A DNA stretch of 64,000 bases from Saprospira grandis (lineage in GTDB: Bacteria; Bacteroidota; Bacteroidia; Chitinophagales; Saprospiraceae). Below, piece by piece: positions 57,865 to 64,000 of this stretch. Each line of letters starts with the position of its first letter. The stretch's first letter is position 1. The DNA lies in the NCBI RefSeq assembly GCF_027594745.1, contig NZ_CP110854.1, positions 1,116,241-1,180,240 of the forward strand. Direction: 5' to 3'. The notes beneath the pieces were generated by a model. That model saw only the letters and a list, made by a program, of their open reading frames with translations. It ran no database searches and was not told the origin of the DNA. The translations under genes and the position numbers were made by a program.

Positions 57865-58239
57865 ATGATCAACTACTATGCTTATTACATCCCCTTCCTA
57901 CTTATGCTTGGCCTCAACTTTTATTTCTACAGAAAGAAAGCCATTCGCTACAATAAAAATCCACTAAATTGGGGACTTATTGGTCTTCTTATCTATTACG
58001 TTTGCTTTGAACTGCTCTTTCAGCTCGCCCATTTGTTATTTGCAGTTGTTGGCTACGGATACATTTTTTACACAGAGCAGTTTTCAGAAAAAGAAGAGGG
58101 ACCTCAGGTTATGTATATTCTACTTTATAGTCGCCAAGCAATAGCCTTCCTTTCCGCCTTATGGCTAAGTTTGCGCATAGGAGAATTCCTTATCCGCCCT
58201 AGTAAAAATCAGTCTAATGCCGACAATCAACAGCCCTAG
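57865..58239 (+). CDS. Small 3-TM membrane protein, divergent paralogue 5
   Basis: 124 aa; loop NKNPLNWGLIG shares the KNxxxW(G/A) motif with the four upstream paralogues. Confidence 0.45.
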   Translation: MINYYAYYIPFLLMLGLNFYFYRKKAIRYNKNPLNWGLIGLLIYYVCFELLFQLAHLLFAVVGYGYIFYTEQFSEKEEGPQVMYILLYSRQAIAFLSALWLSLRIGEFLIRPSKNQSNADNQQP

Positions 58240-58265
58240 GCCATCTGCTAAAAAGGACTGCTGCC

Positions 58266-59291
58266 CTAAGACAACCTTCTCGCTGTCTTCCTCCTATCTA
58301 TCTTGCTCTTCCCTAAGGTCCGCAATAAGCTCCCATAAGCAAAGGCCGATTTTAATTTTTGCTCCCCAGACCGTATCCGCATTTCTTCCATCGGAAAGCG
58401 CTGTATATGCCGCCCCAACTGCATTTCTTCCTTAATCCCCGCCCCGCCAAAACTAAGGTCCAAATTGGCCCGATCAAAAAAATCTAGCCCCACTTCATGG
58501 TCCGTAAAAGGAAAAGCAAAAGCCCGAATAGGCTGCGGCAGCCAAGCTGCCAACTGCTGCTGGTTTTTCTCGGTCTGATGCAATTGCTCTTCTAACGAAA
58601 GCTTTTTGTATAAAGGATGATCCCAACTATGCCCGCCTACACTAAACCCCATACTTTGCAGGGCTTTTAGCTCTTCTAGCTTTAAATAAGGTTGTTTTTG
58701 GGCCAAAAAGTCAGGGACCGAACAGCCAATTCGATCCGCCCAAGCCAAAAGTTCGCCTTCCTGAGCATGCCCCACCGAAAAAAGTAAGTCTGCTTCTTTG
58801 GTCCCCAAGGCTTTTCGCTCTTCCAAATGGCTGTAAATCAAAGCCACCAAATGCCTAAACATCAAGCACTTATTATCAATAAAAGCCCCATTGATAAAAA
58901 AAGTAGCAGGAACCCCCAAACGCAACAAAATAGGCGCAATAACATGATAACAACTACTCAGGCCATCATCAAAACTCAAATGAAAAAATGGCTTTCGAGC
59001 AGGGCGACCCGCTTCTACCCAAGCCAACAGTTCGCCTAAATCTATGGGCTCAAAATGGGCCAAAATGAGCTTTAGCTCGGCCTCAAATTGCTGAGGCGAA
59101 ATAAGCGGATAAAGGGGCGAAATATGGGGCTGCGGCTCCGCTTCTACCGCATGATAAAAGGGAAAAAACGCCTCTACCTTTGCTTTTTCTTGCCAAAAAG
59201 AAAGGGAAAAGGCCTGAGCCAATTGGTCCAGACCTTTTTTCATATTATTCTTTATCCAAGGCCCTAAGCCTTCTCTTTGGGCATAGTACAT
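58266..59291 (-). CDS. Polysaccharide deacetylase (NodB-homology, CE4) family protein
   Basis: 341 aa. Fragment 1: HLSFDDGLSS. Fragment 2: VGGHSWDHP. These are the CE4 Asp-Asp and His-His motif regions. Confidence 0.7.
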   Translation of the reverse strand: MYYAQREGLGPWIKNNMKKGLDQLAQAFSLSFWQEKAKVEAFFPFYHAVEAEPQPHISPLYPLISPQQFEAELKLILAHFEPIDLGELLAWVEAGRPARKPFFHLSFDDGLSSCYHVIAPILLRLGVPATFFINGAFIDNKCLMFRHLVALIYSHLEERKALGTKEADLLFSVGHAQEGELLAWADRIGCSVPDFLAQKQPYLKLEELKALQSMGFSVGGHSWDHPLYKKLSLEEQLHQTEKNQQQLAAWLPQPIRAFAFPFTDHEVGLDFFDRANLDLSFGGAGIKEEMQLGRHIQRFPMEEMRIRSGEQKLKSAFAYGSLLRTLGKSKIDRRKTARRLS

Positions 59292-59614
59292 TGGCCATTA
59301 AATATTGCTCCTTGTTCAACCTGCAATCGCTCACAGTCAATATCTCCTTTCAATTGAGCCGAAGCCTGCAAATAGACCAAAGCACTGGCTTTTACATTCC
59401 CCTTGCTCTCGCCCTCAGAAATCATTTCTTTGCAGTTAATCTGGCCCATCACCTTGCTTTTAGGCGCCATCACTAGGCGGCCCCCACAAGAAATTGTTCC
59501 ATGCACCTCTCCTTCCAAACGAATGTTGGCATTGGTCTCTAAACTCCCCTCGATAATGGTCCCCTGCGCCAAAATACATACATCCTTGGCGCCAATAGCT
59601 TTCTTCTCTTCCAT
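59264..59614 (-). CDS. Bactofilin (polymer-forming cytoskeletal protein, DUF583)
   Basis: 116 aa. Repetitive beta-helix pattern (GTIIEGSLETNANIRLEGEVHGTISCGGRLVMAPKSKVMGQINC). 28-nt overlap with the downstream deacetylase gene. Confidence 0.75.
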   Translation of the reverse strand: MEEKKAIGAKDVCILAQGTIIEGSLETNANIRLEGEVHGTISCGGRLVMAPKSKVMGQINCKEMISEGESKGNVKASALVYLQASAQLKGDIDCERLQVEQGAIFNGQCTMPKEKA

Positions 59615-59679
59615 AAAATTAGTTCAAATTTGGTCTTTAAGATAAGAACTTCTCCTTAATAGGCCAAGTTTTTCCTCCT

Positions 59680-59835
59680 TTTGGGGCTGCCCCGCCCTGC
59701 GGGCGGGTCGGGCTGTGTCGTGGCTCGCAGGTCTGCTCGGCCCTGCGCAAAATTTCGCTAGGCTCATTTTGCTGGGTCTGCGGCTGCGCCGCCCCACTTT
59801 CCATCCCTCAGCCGAGGCGCTCCGCGCCTGCAAAA
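59680..59835. repeat. GC-rich interspersed repeat family, copy 18
   Basis: ttttggggctgccccgccctgcgggcgggtcgggctgtgtcgtggctcgcaggtctgctcggccctgcgc...ccccactttccatccctcagccgaggcgctccgcgcctgc; near-identical to copy 5. Confidence 0.85.
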
Positions 59836-59846
59836 CGCAGTTGGAC

Positions 59847-60605
59847 CTATTTCAGGCCCCGCTTTTCACAAATCGTATCATAGGCCTCTTGCAAACGCTT
59901 AAACTTAGACTCCCCCACTTTCTGAAATTCCTCTCCCAAACTCGCCAAACTATCCGGATGATACTTCTTCACCATCTTGCGATAGGCCGCCTTTAATTGG
60001 GCATCAGAGGCAGAAGGGGGCAACTCTAAAATCTTATAATGGCTGTCCATTTCATCATAAAACATCGCCTTAATCGATACAAAATCACTATGCGGTAGGT
60101 CCAACTCCAAGCTAATGCGCTTGATGGTATCCACCTCCACCTGGTCAATACTATAATCTGCATTGGCAATGCCAAACAGAAAATAGAGCATCTGCAAGCG
60201 GGTTTCATAGCTACTGCTCAAATAAATCTGCCGACAAGTTTTGGCCATATCCCAATCTTGCTCTAAGGCCGCACTCAAAATGCCCATATATTCTTGCAAG
60301 TTATCTTGGCCAAACTGCTCGACCAAAAACTTTTGAATATAGCTCAGCTCCAACTCTTCTACTTCTCCATCTGATTTGACCACCGCCGCGGCCAAGATGA
60401 GGGAGCTCAAAATAAAGTTGATGCTGTCGTTGGGTTGTGGCAATTGTTTTTTGCGCCTTTTTGGGCCTCTCCCCCCTCCTTTTTGAAGCAGTATATCTAG
60501 AAAAAAGCCAATACCTAAACCCAGCAAAAGACCAATTGGAAAGTAGAGCAAGCCACCCAACAGCAAGCCTAGAATCTTCCCTATATGTTGTTTTAGTATC
60601 TTCAT
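59847..60605 (-). CDS. DjlA-like membrane co-chaperone (N-terminal TM, TerB-like middle, C-terminal J domain)
   Basis: 252 aa; TM helices at the N-terminus; C-terminal J domain YKILELPPSASDAQLKAAYRKMVKKYHPD. Confidence 0.7.
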   Translation of the reverse strand: MKILKQHIGKILGLLLGGLLYFPIGLLLGLGIGFFLDILLQKGGGRGPKRRKKQLPQPNDSINFILSSLILAAAVVKSDGEVEELELSYIQKFLVEQFGQDNLQEYMGILSAALEQDWDMAKTCRQIYLSSSYETRLQMLYFLFGIANADYSIDQVEVDTIKRISLELDLPHSDFVSIKAMFYDEMDSHYKILELPPSASDAQLKAAYRKMVKKYHPDSLASLGEEFQKVGESKFKRLQEAYDTICEKRGLK

Positions 60606-60610
60606 CTATG

Positions 60611-61642
60611 CTATTTTTTACCCAAGGACCAACTTTGCTGCAGCCACTCACTACTTTTTTGCCACCATTCTACAAAGGGCTGGCTTTTTTCTTCCGTTTC
60701 GGCCAATTGCTCTAAAATGGGTTGTTCGGCGCTGGGGTTTTGCTCTTCGCTCAGGATAGCCAAAAAGCGACTAATTTTGTCTATGGCCTGTTGGGCCTCT
60801 GGCACATAGGCCCAAGCAAACTGCCAAACATGCGGCATGCCCTCCCAAAGGTCCACCCAAATTTTGGCCCCAGCAGCCGCCGCTTTTTCTCCTAAGCGGC
60901 GGCTATCATCTAATAAAATTTCATCTGTACCGACCTGGACCAAAATCGGGGCCGTATCTTTCCAGTCTCCAAACAAAGGAGAAACCAAAGGCGACTTAGG
61001 ATCTGCCGAGCCATAATAAGACCTGGCCCAACTACCTGCATGCTCGGCCCGCAGAATCGGATCATTTTTTTGGCAACGCTCTAGGCTATCTCCAGACAAA
61101 GTCAGATCGGTCCAGGGCGAAAGCACCACGGCCCCCAAAGGCTGCGGCAGCTCCAAGCTTTTTAGTTTTAGTAGCAGACTAAGGACCAGCCCTCCCCCAG
61201 CCGAATCGCCCATAAAAAATATATCTTTTGGTCCATAGCCTTGGTCCAATAAATAATGATAAGCAGAAAGGGCATCATCTAGGCCAGCAGGAAAAGGATG
61301 CTCCGGCGCCAAGCGATAATTTACACTTAAAGCGGGAATGCCCGACTGCGAGACAATTTTGCCCACCAAGGCCCGATGCGCCCTAGCCGAGCCCAACAAA
61401 AAGCCCCCACCATGCAGGTATAAAATGATTTTTGGGTTCTTTTCTGCAGAAGGATGACAAAATTCGGCCGAGCAAGTAGGCAGCTCAACTTCTTGGTAAT
61501 GCAAGCCCTTGGGGGCGGGCAAACGACAAAGGGCTTTATCATGCTCTAGGCGCATTCGGTCAATATCATCTAAATAGATGAGACTCATTTGGCGCATAGC
61601 ACGCATGGCATATTTTACAAAAGTGGATTGTATACTTGGCAT
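60611..61642 (-). CDS. Alpha/beta-hydrolase fold esterase/lipase (Abhydrolase_3, HGGG + GDSAG)
   Basis: 343 aa; oxyanion-hole motif YLHGGGFLLG; nucleophile elbow GDSAGGGL; distal His in ...MPHVWQFAW. Confidence 0.8.
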   Translation of the reverse strand: MPSIQSTFVKYAMRAMRQMSLIYLDDIDRMRLEHDKALCRLPAPKGLHYQEVELPTCSAEFCHPSAEKNPKIILYLHGGGFLLGSARAHRALVGKIVSQSGIPALSVNYRLAPEHPFPAGLDDALSAYHYLLDQGYGPKDIFFMGDSAGGGLVLSLLLKLKSLELPQPLGAVVLSPWTDLTLSGDSLERCQKNDPILRAEHAGSWARSYYGSADPKSPLVSPLFGDWKDTAPILVQVGTDEILLDDSRRLGEKAAAAGAKIWVDLWEGMPHVWQFAWAYVPEAQQAIDKISRFLAILSEEQNPSAEQPILEQLAETEEKSQPFVEWWQKSSEWLQQSWSLGKK

Positions 61643-61692
61643 AATTCTGACTTAATTAAACGCATAATAGACCTAAAGCATCAAAAAGGGCC

Positions 61693-61845
61693 ATGGCCCA
61701 GCGCTGCGGAGCGGGTGGCCGAAGGCCAGACCAAAGGCAGGCTGCGCCTGCCTGCAGGGCCGAGCAGACCTGCGAGCCCCGCAGCATAGCGGCGGCCGAC
61801 CTAGGCGCAGCCTAGCCGGCCGCGGGCCCCAAAAAAAACGAAATC
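61693..61845. repeat. GC-rich interspersed repeat family, copy 19
   Basis: cccagcgctgcggagcgggtggccgaaggccagaccaaaggcaggctgcgcctgcctgcagggccgagcagacctgcgagccccgcagcatagcggcggccgacctaggcgcagcctagccggccgcgggccccaaaa; near-identical to copy 4. Confidence 0.85.
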
Positions 61846-61990
61846 GTATAGGGCTTTAAGTCTTTAGAAACAGAAAAATAACAAAGATAAAGAAGGCGCA
61901 GTTAAAAAATCGGTTATTTTACTTTTCAGCACCCCAGTTGCGCCTTATCTTTTGCCAGCTAATTGAGTTTCACCTAATTTAATAGAACTT

Positions 61991-63997
61991 ATGCCAAACT
62001 TATTAAAACTTGCCCTACTGGCCCTCCTCTTCTTGCCGCTTCATTTGAGCGCTCAAGACTCGGATGGCCTTTATAATGTCAATATGAAATTTTATCATCT
62101 CGACTTGTATATAGACATCGACAAGCCCCAAATTAAGGGCTCGGTCTATATTGAGTTTGTGGCCGTGAAGGACCAAATAGACGAGCTCTACTTGGACCTT
62201 GGCGAGGGGATGAAAATAAGTAAAATTGATGGGGCCAGCGCTTTTGAGCGAGAAGGAGAGGAAATTCTAGTCAAATTATCGGGCCGCCCATTACGCAAAG
62301 AAGAAAGAGGCAAAATTACGGTTCATTATGAGGGCGTTCCGCAAAACGAACAGCTGGATGTAGACGGAGAAACCGTGACCAAGGGCCTATTAGTTAAAAA
62401 CCGTGGAAAAGATAAATTTCAGAGTCGCTTAGTTGCCCTAGCGGCCTATCCGCAGGCGGGTTACCGCTGGTTTCCCTGCCGCAGAGGTATTGGCGACAAA
62501 GTCGATTCGGTTTATGTAGATGTGACGATTCCCGTTCGTTTTAGTACGGCTATGGTGCAAGAAAAAGAGCGCAAAATTCCTTATACGGCTGTTTCTAATG
62601 GCGTTTTGGAAGGGACCGAAATCTTGGAAGATGGCAAAAAAAGAAAGTTCAAATGGCGGCATCGCCACCGCATTGCCCCCCATCATTTGACCATAGCCAT
62701 CTCTAATTTTGCAAAAATGGAAGTGGAGTACAAGGCCAAGGGCTACAGCTTCCCGATCAACTTTTATATCTTTCCCGAGCATCTAGAAGAGGCCAATGCC
62801 ACCATCAATCGCTCTAAGGAAATTATGGCTTGTTTGAGCCGTACCTTTGGCCCCTACCCCTATAAAGATGAGGGCTTTAGCGTGATTGAGCTGGGCTTGC
62901 CCTTAGGCTTGGACGGTATGCCCACCCAAACCGCCGTTTTGGTAGAAGACCTCAAGAGTTTTCATATGTACCAAGTGGTGCACCAAGCCGCCAATATGTG
63001 GTTTGGCAATCATATTTCGCCAGAAGCTTGGCAGGATGCCTGGATCACCGAAGCCCTAGCCACCTATGCCGAGGCCACTTGGCAGGAGTATAAGCGGGGG
63101 CTCAATGTTTACCAAATCATTTTGGACCAAAAAGAATACTATGAGGGCGGCAAACTCTATCTGGACAATATCAATGAGTACTCTCAAGAACGCCTTTCTA
63201 AAAAGGGAATGTACGTCATTCACATGCTCCGGGGCATTATGGGCGATGAGTATTTTTATGAAACCCTAAAGGGAATTACAGAGCTCAAAAGAGGCAAAAG
63301 CACTTATCTGAGCACCCAGCGCTTTAGAGAAATTTGTGAATATTACGCCAGCGAAAATGAGCCCAAGGACTTTAAATACTTCTTTGACCAATGGGTCTTT
63401 GGCGAGTACTACCCCACTTATAAGGTAGAATATGAAAAAACCCGCAGCGGCGTCAATCTTCGGGTCCTACAAGAAAAAGTAGAGGGCCAAAAACAGTTTT
63501 TCGAGATGCCCGCCCGCATCCGCTTTACCCTAGAAGATGGCAGCACTGTAGAAAAGGTTGTGCAACTCAAAGCCCTAGCCGATCAAACGATAGAAATTGA
63601 GCTCGATAAAGACTTTAATCAACTTGAGTTCGATCCCTTCAACTGGATTTTCAAGGACCTCCAATATAGCCGAGAAATCTTGTCTGGCCGCAGCCCCATT
63701 GAAAACATGAGCATCAAGACCAGCCAGGGCCGCCGCAAAATTGCCCTCAGTTTTGAGAGCCCCAAAAAGCAAAATATCGAGATTCAGCTCATTCAAAAAG
63801 CCAATGGCGTAGATATTCTGGAGGATAAAATTCTCCAAAGCCAAGAAATCAAAAAGGTAAAAGGCAAAAAAGAGCTCAGCTTCAAATTGCCTGTTCCGCC
63901 CAAAAGCCGAGGCGTTTTTGAGCTCAAAATTATCGGGAAATCAGATATTTTCTCTAAAACAATTCGCGTGACGCAATTAGAAAAGCGCTTTAAGTAA
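61991..63997 (+). CDS. Secreted M1-peptidase-like protein with a non-canonical zinc-binding motif
   Basis: 668 aa; signal peptide. VHQAANMWFGN...WITEALATYAE aligns to the M1 HExxH-x-WFGN...WLNEGFAxY region. The catalytic Glu and the second His are replaced (HQAAN). Confidence 0.55.
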   Translation: MPNLLKLALLALLFLPLHLSAQDSDGLYNVNMKFYHLDLYIDIDKPQIKGSVYIEFVAVKDQIDELYLDLGEGMKISKIDGASAFEREGEEILVKLSGRPLRKEERGKITVHYEGVPQNEQLDVDGETVTKGLLVKNRGKDKFQSRLVALAAYPQAGYRWFPCRRGIGDKVDSVYVDVTIPVRFSTAMVQEKERKIPYTAVSNGVLEGTEILEDGKKRKFKWRHRHRIAPHHLTIAISNFAKMEVEYKAKGYSFPINFYIFPEHLEEANATINRSKEIMACLSRTFGPYPYKDEGFSVIELGLPLGLDGMPTQTAVLVEDLKSFHMYQVVHQAANMWFGNHISPEAWQDAWITEALATYAEATWQEYKRGLNVYQIILDQKEYYEGGKLYLDNINEYSQERLSKKGMYVIHMLRGIMGDEYFYETLKGITELKRGKSTYLSTQRFREICEYYASENEPKDFKYFFDQWVFGEYYPTYKVEYEKTRSGVNLRVLQEKVEGQKQFFEMPARIRFTLEDGSTVEKVVQLKALADQTIEIELDKDFNQLEFDPFNWIFKDLQYSREILSGRSPIENMSIKTSQGRRKIALSFESPKKQNIEIQLIQKANGVDILEDKILQSQEIKKVKGKKELSFKLPVPPKSRGVFELKIIGKSDIFSKTIRVTQLEKRFK

Positions 63998-64000
63998 TTC

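Overview
Genomic window from a Bacteroidota-like chromosome, mostly housekeeping genes. Many predicted proteins carry signal peptides ending in LLAQ or FSCQ (typical Bacteroidota export signals). Also present are bacillithiol bshA, a YfhO membrane protein, an ExbB/ExbD cluster, 67K-type SppA, mevalonate-pathway MVD, metK, relA/spoT, grpE-dnaJ with a separate dnaK, and three tRNAs. About 46-48% GC overall.

Four things stand out:
1. A dense family of about 19 GC-rich, modular, hairpin-rich interspersed repeats sits in almost every long intergenic gap. These generate many spurious ORFs and N-terminal ORF extensions.
2. There are two unrelated hairpin-bearing tandem arrays: a 41-bp unit with about 7.5 copies upstream of relA/spoT, and a 42-bp unit with about 10 copies after an amidohydrolase gene.
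3. An AT-rich, probably horizontally acquired island lies next to the 3' end of tRNA-Pro. It encodes a DUF262 (ParB/Srx-like, DGLQR motif) protein followed by two small translationally coupled ORFs, the last with an Rx4HG HEPN-type motif. This is a candidate uncharacterised defense or abortive-infection module.
4. A tandem array of five paralogous small 3-TM proteins, three ending in the conserved tail SDILDADI.

No transposase, integrase, CRISPR array or rRNA is visible. All coordinates for repeats and terminators are approximate.
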